Shown here piece by piece: positions 9,469-18,123 of a stretch of DNA of 64,000 nt (the first letter of the stretch is position 1; each line of letters begins with the position of its first letter). The stretch comes from Alphaproteobacteria bacterium. GTDB lineage: Bacteria; Pseudomonadota; Alphaproteobacteria; Rs-D84. The translations under genes were made by a program, and so were the position numbers. The notes below the pieces were generated by a model, which was not told where the DNA came from, did no database searches, and was given only the letters and a program-made list of their open reading frames with translations. Where the stretch lies: NCBI GenBank assembly GCA_009783145.1, contig WRHR01000001.1:492-64491 (forward strand), given 5' to 3'.

Positions 9469-10172
9469 TTTTCTCCGCTGTTCAATATATGAACTTCCGC
9501 GCCCTGTTTGCTGGAAACGAATGACATTTTTCCATCTTCAAAAACAATCGCGGCGCAATTATCAACGCCATAGCACAATATGCCATGCGACTTTGCCAAA
9601 GTTATAATCGCTTGCTTTTCTGTATCCGATTTATCATCCCAATGCGGAAAGCACCAGCCCTTTATGAACCCCAACGCTGAAAAAATCTCCAGCTTTGAGA
9701 AATCGCCGTCAATATGGTCTTCATTATCCGCCCAATCGAACCAGCATACCGCGCCGGCGGATAGACCGGATAAAATTATCCCGCGTTCGCCATATTCTTT
9801 CAGCAGCTTGTCAAACCCGGTCGCGCGCCAGCGTTCCAGCATAAACAGAGTATCGCCGCCGCCCACATAAATTATGTCGGTATTATCTAAAACTTTTCGC
9901 ATTTCTTTTTCTGTCGGCGCTTCGTTTGCCAGAGGGAGTCTTGATATTATACACCCAAGCTCTTGTCCGAAATGCTCATCCACGGCGATTTGATAGCTGG
10001 GCCATTGATATCCGCCGGCCGTATCAACAAACAGCAGCCGCGGATTTTTCTTGCCCGACATTTCAATAATTTTCTTATCTATAGCGGTAGTCTCAACCGG
10101 ATACTGAAACATAACGCCGTCTTTCAAGCGCCTGCTTCCGATGTCTCCGCCGCCGATTGCAATTATTTTCAT
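9465..10172 (-). CDS. pepE: Peptidase S51 family (dipeptidase E, PepE-like)
   Basis: MKIIAIGGGD... LSGLSAGAVCWFDW... matches the S51 Ser-His-Glu fold signature. The start is trimmed to MKIIAIGGG. Confidence 0.7.
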   Translation of the reverse strand: MKIIAIGGGDIGSRRLKDGVMFQYPVETTAIDKKIIEMSGKKNPRLLFVDTAGGYQWPSYQIAVDEHFGQELGCIISRLPLANEAPTEKEMRKVLDNTDIIYVGGGDTLFMLERWRATGFDKLLKEYGERGIILSGLSAGAVCWFDWADNEDHIDGDFSKLEIFSALGFIKGWCFPHWDDKSDTEKQAIITLAKSHGILCYGVDNCAAIVFEDGKMSFVSSKQGAEVHILNSGEK

Positions 10173-10174
10173 AA

Positions 10175-11971
10175 CTAATCCCCTACTTTCAACGCATTTA
10201 TAAACGCGCTTTGCGGGATTTCTACGTTGCCGAAGCTGCGCAGGCGCTTTTTGCCTTCTTTCTGCTTTTCCAGCAATTTCCTCTTTCGCGTTATATCTCC
10301 GCCATAGCATTTCGCCGTAACGTCTTTCCGAAATGCCGCAATCGTTTCGCGCGCTATGATTTTTCCGCCGATTGCCGCCTGCAGCGGAATCTTGAACTGA
10401 TGCCGCGGAATTAAATCTTTCAATTTTTCCACAATCTGACGCCCGCGTTTTTCCGCAAAGCTGCGATGGCACAGGAACGATAAAGGCTCCACAGGCTCCT
10501 CATTCACCAGCACGGAAACTTTTACCAAATCGGAGACTTCATATCCCGCCAGCGCATAGTCGAACGAAGCGTACCCCTGCGACAGAGATTTCACCCGGTC
10601 GTAAAAATCAAAAACTATTTCCGCCAGCGGCAGCTTGTAAACCAAGACCGCGCGATTTCCCACATAGCTGATGTTTTCCTGGACTCCGCGCCGCTCTATA
10701 CACAGCGACATCATCGCGCCAAGGTATTTATCCGGCGCCATTATAGTCGCGCGAACCCAGGGTTCCTCTATATCCGCAATCGTTGTGGGTTCCGGCATAT
10801 CCGCAGGGTTCTCCAAATCAATCGCTTCGCCATTTCGTAAATGCAGTCTGTACAACACCGACGGAATCGTGTTTATTAAATTCAGATTAAATTCGCGTGA
10901 TAACCGCTCTGAAATAATCTCCATATGCAGCAGGCCCAAAAATCCGCAGCGCAGGCCAAACCCCAACGCGGACGATTTCTCTGTCTGAAACACAAACGAA
11001 GCATCATTCAGCGCCAGCTTTTCCGCCCCGTCGCGCAAGTTCGGATAATCGTCGGCCTCCACCGGAAAGAATGAAGAGAACACGACGGGAATGCTTGGTT
11101 TAAATCCGGGCAAGGGCGAAAGATTTTCCGTCCGCGAATCTACAATTGTATCGCCGACCTTGCAATCCCGAATCGTTTTCATACCTGTGATGATAAATCC
11201 GACTTCGCCCGCGTGCAGAGCATCTACATTCACCATTTTCGGAGTGAAGTATCCGATTTTATCAACAGCATATTCCGCGCCAGTGGCCAGGAATTTTATT
11301 TTCTGCCCGCGCCGCAGCGCGCCGTCCACAACTCGCACAAGAACAACAACGCCCAAATACGAATCGTACCAAGAATCCACCAGCAGCGCGCGCGTCGGCG
11401 CACTTGCGTTCCCATGCGGCGCCGGTAACTTTTGCACAATTGTTTCCAGCAATTCCGATACGCCGGTCCCCGTCTTGCCCGAAACACACAGCGCGTCCGC
11501 AGCATCCAGCCCAATCACATCTGCAATCTGCTCTCGCGCGCCGCATACATCCGACGACGGCAAATCGATTTTATTCAAAACAGGCAGAATTTCTAAATCG
11601 TTATCGACCGCCAGATAAGCATTCGCCAGCGTCTGCGCTTGAACGCCTTGGGTTGCATCCACCAGCAGAATCGCGCCCTCGCACGCGGCCAAGCTGCGCG
11701 AGACTTCATAAGTAAAATCTACGTGCCCGGGCGTATCCATTAAATTCAATTGATAAGTATGTCCGTCGCGCGCTTTGTATGACAGGCGCACTGTTTGGGC
11801 CTTTATGGTAATTCCGCGCTCGCGCTCTATATCCATGCTGTCCAGGACTTGCGCTTTCATCTCGCGCGATTGCAGACCGCCGGTGTATTCTATAATCCGG
11901 TCGGACAATGTAGATTTCCCATGGTCGATATGAGCGATTATTGCAAAATTTCTGATGTCTTTCTGAGTCAT
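10175..11971 (-). CDS. lepA: Elongation factor 4 (LepA)
   Basis: [14 protein letters not shown]1 box, [12 protein letters not shown], and the LepA-specific C-terminal domain. Confidence 0.95.
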   Translation of the reverse strand: MTQKDIRNFAIIAHIDHGKSTLSDRIIEYTGGLQSREMKAQVLDSMDIERERGITIKAQTVRLSYKARDGHTYQLNLMDTPGHVDFTYEVSRSLAACEGAILLVDATQGVQAQTLANAYLAVDNDLEILPVLNKIDLPSSDVCGAREQIADVIGLDAADALCVSGKTGTGVSELLETIVQKLPAPHGNASAPTRALLVDSWYDSYLGVVVLVRVVDGALRRGQKIKFLATGAEYAVDKIGYFTPKMVNVDALHAGEVGFIITGMKTIRDCKVGDTIVDSRTENLSPLPGFKPSIPVVFSSFFPVEADDYPNLRDGAEKLALNDASFVFQTEKSSALGFGLRCGFLGLLHMEIISERLSREFNLNLINTIPSVLYRLHLRNGEAIDLENPADMPEPTTIADIEEPWVRATIMAPDKYLGAMMSLCIERRGVQENISYVGNRAVLVYKLPLAEIVFDFYDRVKSLSQGYASFDYALAGYEVSDLVKVSVLVNEEPVEPLSFLCHRSFAEKRGRQIVEKLKDLIPRHQFKIPLQAAIGGKIIARETIAAFRKDVTAKCYGGDITRKRKLLEKQKEGKKRLRSFGNVEIPQSAFINALKVGD

Positions 11972-12006
11972 AATTTTTTACTTTCTTTATGTGCGAATTC
12001 AAATCA

Positions 12007-12110
12007 ATTTCTATGCGGCAGATGCGAAGTATTCGCAGACCCGACGTGTATAAAAATACACGAGGCCCTGTGAATACGAGCAGATGCCCATAGAAATTGA
12101 TTTGCGGCAA
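12007..12110. repeat. Large imperfect palindrome of about 100 bp (arms AAATCAATTTCTATG / CATAGAAATTGATTT, centre CGTGTATAAAAATACACG) upstream of lepA
   Basis: Inverted-repeat structure seen directly. Confidence 0.5.
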
Positions 12111-12160
12111 TGATATACCGGTATTCGGCAAAAGTAAAGCGGGGAATTACAGGCGCGAAC

Positions 12161-12367
12161 TTACGCGATTTCTACAAATCGCGGCTGATTGACTCCGGGG
12201 CGGACAATTTGGTCGGACCAATTCTTTGCAAGGCGAACCCAAATGCTGCCGTCGGACAGCTCGCGATAAACGACCAAGTCCTCCAAGGTCTCAGAGTCCT
12301 TGGCAATCATAAGAATTTCTACCTCGCAGCCTTTGAAATGCCGATACTTCGCGCCGACTTTAATCAT
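12161..12367 (-). CDS. DUF1653-family small protein
   Basis: KYRHFKGCEV...VVYRELSDGSIWVRLAKNWSDQIVRPG matches the DUF1653 pattern (YrHyKG...vYr...g..wvRp). Confidence 0.5.
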   Translation of the reverse strand: MIKVGAKYRHFKGCEVEILMIAKDSETLEDLVVYRELSDGSIWVRLAKNWSDQIVRPGVNQPRFVEIA

Positions 12368-12701
12368 GAATCGCCTCCAACAGTTTTTCAATCCTTTCGG
12401 ATTTTTCCAAAGTATCGTCATAGACGAACCTGATATCCGGAACATATTTCTGATCCATTCGCGCAGCCAGCTCGTACCTTATCGCGTTTTTGACCGAGTC
12501 CAATTTTTTTTGCGTCGACGCATCGCCGCCCTGCCAGAATAATTTCACGAATTGCAGGCCGCCATGGCTTTCCGCGCCGACCAGCGACACGCGGACCAGC
12601 AGCGGGTCTTCCGCGTAGTTATCGCGCAGTATTTGCGCCGCCAAGATTTGCACCTTGGACGAAATCTTTTCCGCCCGGTTATTGTTATGTTGTTTTTTCA
12701 T
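12360..12701 (-). CDS. rbfA: Ribosome-binding factor A
   Basis: RAEKISSKVQILAAQILRD...DPLLVRVSLVGAESHGGLQFVKLFWQ...RYELAARMDQKYVPDIRFVYDDT. Confidence 0.8.
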   Translation of the reverse strand: MKKQHNNNRAEKISSKVQILAAQILRDNYAEDPLLVRVSLVGAESHGGLQFVKLFWQGGDASTQKKLDSVKNAIRYELAARMDQKYVPDIRFVYDDTLEKSERIEKLLEAIHD

Positions 12702-12725
12702 ACTCATCAGTCTATAATACGCTTT

Positions 12726-13298
12726 GTGAAGTTGCAACATTATCTTTTAAAGAAATCGGATCATCCGGCGGCGCTGTGGGTGATATTCTTCCTGACGGTG
12801 TGCGAGTCCATTTTCCTGTTCGTCCCGCCCGAAGTATTCATGACCCCGACAATCGTCGCGAACAAGCGCCGCGCGGTCGGCGTCGTAATCGCGGCGTCCC
12901 TCGGCTCTCTTGTCGGCGCGGCAATCGCGTATATGATAGGCGTGTGGCTTTTCGACACGGTCGGGATATGGCTGATCGAACATTTCAGCACTATGGAGAA
13001 ATTCGAAGCCGCGCGGCAGATGTTCATCACGCACGGGCTGCTGATAATTCTTATCGCGGCGTTTACTCCCGTCCCGTTCAAACTGCTGACAATATGCGCG
13101 GGCTTCCTGCGGTTCAACCCGATTTTATATCTGGGAATAACCGCAATCGGGCGAATGATGAGATTCGCGATCGCGGGATTTTTATTGTGGAGGTTTCAAG
13201 AGCAAGCGAACGTAATCGTAAAGAAATATTTTTGGCAATTGATGCTATTCGCGATAATCATCGCGGCGGCGGGACTATGGCTGATGTGGCTGCTTTAA
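12726..13298 (+). CDS. YqaA/DedA-like inner-membrane protein, probable GTG start
   Basis: Multi-TM protein with ...LFVPPEVFMTP...FTPVPFKLLTICAGFL. A TATAAT box at 12713-12718 lies just upstream. Confidence 0.45.
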   Translation: MKLQHYLLKKSDHPAALWVIFFLTVCESIFLFVPPEVFMTPTIVANKRRAVGVVIAASLGSLVGAAIAYMIGVWLFDTVGIWLIEHFSTMEKFEAARQMFITHGLLIILIAAFTPVPFKLLTICAGFLRFNPILYLGITAIGRMMRFAIAGFLLWRFQEQANVIVKKYFWQLMLFAIIIAAAGLWLMWLL

Positions 13299-13804
13299 TC
13301 CGCCTTGGCCGTTTTCCAGGTCGACGCATCCATCAATTTAAAACCCTCGTCTTCCATATCCAGCAACTGCTTGCATCTGAAGTCGTCGTACCAGTTTTTT
13401 GGAGGGCCCATATAGACCCCGACCGCGCGGTTGGCGTTTTGCTGGGGATAAATCGCCACCCAGTCATAGCTTGAATCCATCTTCGCGGCGGAGATGACCG
13501 TAATGCGGTCCCGGTCGAAACCTTTCTGCTCCAAAGCTTTGCGTATCTTATCCGCGCGAGTGTTTCCTATGTTCAGGTTCAACTGCTCGTTTTCGAAATC
13601 GCTGCCCAGGCCGACCAGTATGACATTGGAGCATTGCACGACGGGGACGTCCAGGAACATATCTTCTATCGCGACTTTAGTATCAAGGGAAGTATTGGCC
13701 TTGCCGGCGTCGAAAAGCAACAGCTCTGGCGGAGGATTTTCCTGCACGGCACAAGCAGCCAACGCGCCAACGGCAATTGCGGTGAATAACATTTTTTTCA
13801 GCAT
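13295..13804 (-). CDS. OmpA-family lipoprotein (Pal-like)
   Basis: Lipobox LAAC after the signal peptide, then an OmpA-like C-domain pattern (NVILVGLGSDFENEQLNLNIGNTRADKIRKALEQKGFDRDRITV...NRAVGVYM). Confidence 0.5.
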   Translation of the reverse strand: MLKKMLFTAIAVGALAACAVQENPPPELLLFDAGKANTSLDTKVAIEDMFLDVPVVQCSNVILVGLGSDFENEQLNLNIGNTRADKIRKALEQKGFDRDRITVISAAKMDSSYDWVAIYPQQNANRAVGVYMGPPKNWYDDFRCKQLLDMEDEGFKLMDASTWKTAKAD

Positions 13805-13854
13805 GGCAGTCTCTTTGTACCGTGCCATTGTATCACTTTATTAATAAAAAACAA

Positions 13855-14030
13855 AGTCCGCGATGTGGTGTTCCCCTCCTGTGGAGGGGTGCCCCCGGAG
13901 GGGGCGGGGTGGTTCTTGTAATCTTCAAGAAGTTATGACGATGCACGAACATTACCCGAACCACCCCGCCGCGCGATAACAGCGCGCACCCCTCCACAGG
14001 AGGGGAACCGATGCACGGCCATACAGAAAA
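13855..14030. repeat. About 175-bp element bounded by inverted copies of GTTCCCCTCCTGTGGAGGGG(TG/AA)C, with an inner inverted pair CCCCGGAGGGGGCGGGGTGGTTC / GAACCACCCCGCC
   Basis: Seen directly. The same 22-bp palindrome recurs at 49496-49523. Confidence 0.6.
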
Positions 14031-14060
14031 AATCGCCGCGATTGCGGCGATTTTTTATTT
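14026..14060. terminator. Bidirectional terminator ATCGCCGCGATTGCGGCGAT with flanking A/T runs. An identical stem recurs at 37032.
   Basis: Perfect 20-bp palindrome followed by T-runs on both strands, immediately 3' of the 14055..14549 gene. Confidence 0.7.
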
Positions 14061-14549
14061 TTTCGGAAATACTTTCTGATATTGTCTTTTCCACCATCCG
14101 GGTTTCGCTTCTTGCGCCGGCTGAGCGACTTCGGAAGTCTCCGTTTCTTCGGCGGACGCTATTTCCGCAGTCTCGACGGGTTCTTCCACGATCACTTCTT
14201 TGGGCGCCGGCTTTTCAACCGGAGCTTTTGCCACTTTCGATTTTTCTAGTTCTTGCGCGTCTTTCCAAGCCTGCTTTTTCTGAGCTGCTGCTTCTTCTGC
14301 CTTTTGCGCGGCCAAGGCTTTATCTACCTCTTTCCCCTCGCAAGTGATTTTGTTGCAGTTCTCATGGTAATGGCTGTTGTATTTGCCGCCAACCCAATTC
14401 ACGCAGTGAGACTTGGTGTCGGACACCTGCTGGCAATGGTGGGTTTTGGTCCCGATTTTTTCGTCCGGGTCAGCCTTGTTGTACTCGGCGGGTTTCGAGC
14501 ACGCCGACAGCGCTATAACGGACGCGATTATAAGTAATTTTTTTAGCAT
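14055..14549 (-). CDS. Lipoprotein with a Cys/His-rich motif (THHCQ...HCVNWVGGKYNSHYHENCNKITC) and a Lys/Ala/Glu-rich tail
   Basis: Lipobox LSAC. The motif is shared with the adjacent paralogue at 14668..14937. Confidence 0.5.
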   Translation of the reverse strand: MLKKLLIIASVIALSACSKPAEYNKADPDEKIGTKTHHCQQVSDTKSHCVNWVGGKYNSHYHENCNKITCEGKEVDKALAAQKAEEAAAQKKQAWKDAQELEKSKVAKAPVEKPAPKEVIVEEPVETAEIASAEETETSEVAQPAQEAKPGWWKRQYQKVFPKK

Positions 14550-14562
14550 AGCAGTTCCTTTT

Positions 14563-14683
14563 CATAAGTCGCTAGTCGAAAGTCGTTAGTCGCTAGTAAT
14601 ACTGCGCAACTCATAATAGTTGTCCTTTATAATGGACAATGCTATCAGTTGCTCATGCTGCTAGCGACTAGCGACGATCGCGC
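14563..14683. repeat. Core-palindrome element (TTGTCCTTTATAATGGACAA) flanked by inverted GCTAGTCG/CGACTAGC tandem arms
   Basis: Seen directly. The core is shared with the elements at 35205, 35768 and 61095. Confidence 0.7.
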
Positions 14684-14937
14684 ACAGTCTTGCAAGAGAT
14701 TTCATTGCAGTTTTCGTGATAATGGCTGTTGTATTTGCCGTTAACCCAGTTCACGCAATGAACCTTGCCGTTGCCCAGTTCCTGGCAGTGATGAGTTCTG
14801 GCCGCTCTACTGGTTTCTTCAGTTTGGACCGCACTGCCGGTTGCTTCTTGAGTTCTGGCCGCTCTGCTGACAACTTCTTCAGCAAAAGCCCCGCCCGAAA
14901 TCATAGCCGCAATGGCAACGATAAGTATTTTTTTCAT
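14668..14937 (-). CDS. Small secreted paralogue of the Cys/His-motif protein (ARTHHCQELGNGKVHCVNWVNGKYNSHYHENCNEISC)
   Basis: Signal peptide MKKILIVAIAAMISGGAFA. The conserved HHCQ-x-HCVNWV-GKYNSHYHENCN-I-C block matches 14055..14549. The last codons are encoded by the arm of the adjacent repeat. Confidence 0.5.
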   Translation of the reverse strand: MKKILIVAIAAMISGGAFAEEVVSRAARTQEATGSAVQTEETSRAARTHHCQELGNGKVHCVNWVNGKYNSHYHENCNEISCKTVRDRR

Positions 14938-15140
14938 CTGTTTTCCCCTTTGTTTAGAAGCCTGTTGCAACGCAACGATGTATCCTCACGATGCGCATTA
15001 CAATTTTTTGCTAATAACGCAAAAAATCTAATGCTTTTACGCTCGGATTCATAGTCAGCTCCTTTGGTTCACCTGAGATTATAGACAAAAAGTTTGAGGT
15101 GTCAAGCTTTTTGTTCTATAATCTCATGATTCCGATTGGA

Positions 15141-17144
15141 TTAGAACCCAAAGGTTATACCGGCTCTCCAGCTAACGTTGGCCTTGTCGCCTGTGGCGTA
15201 TGACGCGCCGACATTGACCAAGGTTCCGTTGTTGATGTAGTGGAACGCGCCCAGCGCAACGCCGAAGGCGTCACGATAGCCGCCCGTACCGATGGAGATC
15301 TGAGTATCGCCGCTGGAGCGAGCATTCGGCACCAACGCCGACATCGCCGCCAAGCCTGCGAATCCGGAACGAACTTCCTTGCTCAGGTCATCGACGCGGT
15401 TGTCCAGACGATCGATTTCAGCCAGAGTATATTCATACACATAGTTGATGGAGTTCGTCAGGTTCAAAGCGTAGTCTTTCGCGACCATGCCGGACTGGAT
15501 GTCCGCGCGCAGTTGGCGCACATCGCCGGTTTCCAGAACGGTTGCGACATTGTACGCGCCGTCGGTGGTCGGATCCATTACGTTTTCAGCACCGGTCGCC
15601 AAGTAAGACAAGGTCTTGATGGCTTCGTCTTCCGCACCGACCGCGCCCGAGTTGAACACCAGCGAACCAGTGTCTTCGTCGACGATCACAGAGTTCTGAC
15701 CGATGTGGATTTTGCTGGAGCCCGAATCCTTGCCGCCATCGCGACGGATTATGTCATCGATTTTTTCTTCGGTGGCAAGCAAGGCATCCGTCAGGTTGTC
15801 TATGCCGTCAAGGTGAGAGCGATAGTCGCTGCCATCCGCCGCATCCTGAAGTTTGGACACGTCGCCGATAACACTGTCAAGCGCCAGTATGCCTTCGGTC
15901 AGGTTGGTTGCGTCTTGAACGCCCACGTTGTTAGCAGCGGAGAAGTCCAGGTCGCCTTCGGCAGCCATCGCGCGGTTCTTTTCTTTAAGAACTTCCGCGT
16001 CGGTGTAGGTATTCGCCGCAGTCAAGGTGGCCGCGCCAACGCCGTCAGCATAGGTGTTCGCAGCCGTCAGTGTGGCAGCGTCGCCAGCGTCGGCATAGGT
16101 ATACAGCAAAGCCGCGGATGCCGCAACAGCAGCGTCAGCATAAGTGCTGGAATACGTTATGGCTTCAGCTTTCTTTTGGTCGGCATAGGTATACAGCAAC
16201 AGAGCCGAGTCCGCAACCGCAGCATCAGCATAGGTGTTGGCCGCTGTCAGAGTGCTTGCGCCTACTCCGTCAGCATAGGTGTACAATGCAAGCGTTGTGT
16301 CGGTAAGAGCCGTATCCAAAGCATTCAAGGCGCCCGCGACGCTCGTTTGACCATCAATGGCTCCGCCAGCTTGCAGCACGTCTTTGAAATCCTGGGTTGT
16401 GGAATCAAAGCCCAACTGTTCGCCCATGTAAGCTTCTGCTTTATCCCATGCGGCCGTGCCAAGCGCCATAACTTCGCTCTTGGTATAGTAGTCATCGAAC
16501 GCGGCATCCAAAGCGTTGAGCGCTCCGGCTACAGTTGTTTGACCGTCAATGACGCCACCGGCACTCAGCACATCCTTGAAGTCCTGAGTCGTGGAGTCAA
16601 AGCCCATTTGCGAACCCATATATGCTTCCGCTTTGTCCCAGGCAGCTTCGCCTTCTGCGCGCAGCGTGGATGCAAGAGTGGCCAAGTCAGTCGTGCTGGC
16701 TTTGGTGTCCATCGCGGTGTCCAAAGCATTGATAGCTTCGGCCACATTTTGCGCACCGTCAATGGTTCCGCCAGTGTTCAACACATCTTTGAAGTCTTGA
16801 GTTGTTGAATCATAGCCCATCTGCATGCTCAGTTCGGCTTCCGCAGCGTTCCAAGCGGCCAGACCGGCTGCCATTAACGTTGACTCTAACGAAGCCCCAA
16901 AGGCATCAACTTCAGCCTTGGTGTAAGCATCAGTAATGCCATAACCAGCTAAGGTTGTCGCGGCGTCAGCTTTGCCCGCTAACTGCGCGGTCGTAGCAAG
17001 ATCCGATAATTGTACACCACCGAGGTTGGGCATAGCAGATGCAGAACCATCGTCAACCATTATATCGCCCGCAGCCGCGAATGCGCCGGAATTAAATCCG
17101 ATGCCGACCGCAGCCACAAGTGCGATTAGACTTATTTTTTTCAT
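15141..17144 (-). CDS. Trimeric autotransporter adhesin (YadA-like)
   Basis: Signal peptide, stalk-like repeats (TLTAANTYADAAV..LLYTYAD), and a C-terminal YadA-anchor-like segment ...LSKEVRSGFAGLAAMSAL...GASYATGDKANVSWRAGITFGF. Confidence 0.75.
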   Translation of the reverse strand: MKKISLIALVAAVGIGFNSGAFAAAGDIMVDDGSASAMPNLGGVQLSDLATTAQLAGKADAATTLAGYGITDAYTKAEVDAFGASLESTLMAAGLAAWNAAEAELSMQMGYDSTTQDFKDVLNTGGTIDGAQNVAEAINALDTAMDTKASTTDLATLASTLRAEGEAAWDKAEAYMGSQMGFDSTTQDFKDVLSAGGVIDGQTTVAGALNALDAAFDDYYTKSEVMALGTAAWDKAEAYMGEQLGFDSTTQDFKDVLQAGGAIDGQTSVAGALNALDTALTDTTLALYTYADGVGASTLTAANTYADAAVADSALLLYTYADQKKAEAITYSSTYADAAVAASAALLYTYADAGDAATLTAANTYADGVGAATLTAANTYTDAEVLKEKNRAMAAEGDLDFSAANNVGVQDATNLTEGILALDSVIGDVSKLQDAADGSDYRSHLDGIDNLTDALLATEEKIDDIIRRDGGKDSGSSKIHIGQNSVIVDEDTGSLVFNSGAVGAEDEAIKTLSYLATGAENVMDPTTDGAYNVATVLETGDVRQLRADIQSGMVAKDYALNLTNSINYVYEYTLAEIDRLDNRVDDLSKEVRSGFAGLAAMSALVPNARSSGDTQISIGTGGYRDAFGVALGAFHYINNGTLVNVGASYATGDKANVSWRAGITFGF

Positions 17145-17375
17145 AAGGTTTCTCCTTGTTTTTGTTTAGTAATTCCCTTCCTATTAGGAATATGGCCCCA
17201 GTATTCTATTCCTGATGGCAATAGTCAAGAAAAAAATCCCAATGCATTGCAAATTTATGATGCTTGACATATCAAAATAATGGTTAAACGTGAAAAGCGC
17301 GTAATTTCAGCGTCTTGGCGTAAAATACCGTTGTCCTGTTGGGAATTTTATCCTATATTATGTATTAATCATCAA

Positions 17376-17620
17376 CTGGATTGCTTCGCCCGTTGGGCTC
17401 GCAATGACAATAAGGAGTGTGTTCAAGGCACACAGCCTAAAACAAACGCCGACTTGTCATTGCGAGGAGCGCGTAAGCGCGACGCGGCAATCCAGTCAAT
17501 AAAAAGGAATCATACACTATTCACTGGATTGCTTCGTCCGTCTTCGCTTCGCTACGCCGCGACTCGCAATGACAATAAGGAGTGGATTGCGGAGCACAGC
17601 GAACAATGACAAGGGAGAGA
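17376..17620. repeat. Cluster of family-A MITE-like elements (TIR CTGGATTGCTTCGC...GCTCGCAATGACAA / TTGTCATTGCGAG...GCAATCCAG). One full copy and further half copies.
   Basis: Seen directly. Full copies also occur at 17941-18095, 29338-29455, 59300-59415 and 60186-60292. Confidence 0.75.
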
Positions 17621-17626
17621 ATAAAT

Positions 17627-17935
17627 ATGAAAGAACATCATTACTATGTCTATATTCTTTTCAACAAACGCAACGGGACTCTTTACACCGGCGTGACGCG
17701 CGACATATTTCGCAGAACTGAAGAGCACAAAAGCAAAAAGCCTTTTGGATTCGCAGAAAAACACGGGGCGGACAAATTAGGCTATATTGAAAGCTATCAA
17801 TATGTTAACGATGCCATCTTCCGTGAAAAACAAATCAAGGCCGGATCGCGAAAAAATAAGCTGAAACTAATCGAATCGATGAATCCCGAATGGAAAGACC
17901 TGTGGTACGAGCTTGGGAATTTTGTTTGGAGTTAG
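17627..17935 (+). CDS. Small GIY-YIG nuclease-family protein (URI-domain type)
   Basis: HYYVYILFNKRNGTLYTGVTRDIFRRTEEH... carries the GIY-YIG signature. It is a paralogue of 36548..36928. Confidence 0.7.
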   Translation: MKEHHYYVYILFNKRNGTLYTGVTRDIFRRTEEHKSKKPFGFAEKHGADKLGYIESYQYVNDAIFREKQIKAGSRKNKLKLIESMNPEWKDLWYELGNFVWS

Positions 17936-17940
17936 CAATA

Positions 17941-18095
17941 GTATTGTCATCGCGAGGCGCGAAGCAGCCGTGGCGACTGGATTGCCGCGCCCTGCGGGCT
18001 CGCAATGACAATTCGGTGTTTGTTTTAGGCTGTGTGCCCTTTTTGCTCTTCATTGTCATTGCGAGGAGCGCAAGCGACGAAGCAATCCAGTGAAT
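17941..18095. repeat. Family-A MITE-like element
   Basis: ...GACTGGATTGCCGCG...GCTCGCAATGACAATTCGGTGTTTGTTTTAGGCTGTGTGCCC...TTGTCATTGCGAGGAGCG...GCAATCCAGTG. Confidence 0.75.
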
Positions 18096-18123
18096 AACAA
18101 TATGCAAAATTTATATTTACTAA

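Noticed and set aside
8431-12000. Intact prophage or integrative element spanning integrase-pepE-lepA
   Set aside because: Only an integrase-like gene with apparently degenerate catalytic residues is present. Neighbouring genes are housekeeping, and no att repeats were seen.
15240-16808. 522-aa plus-strand ORF antisense to the trimeric autotransporter gene
   Set aside because: Shadow ORF of a repetitive GC-rich gene. The minus-strand product has a coherent TAA architecture.
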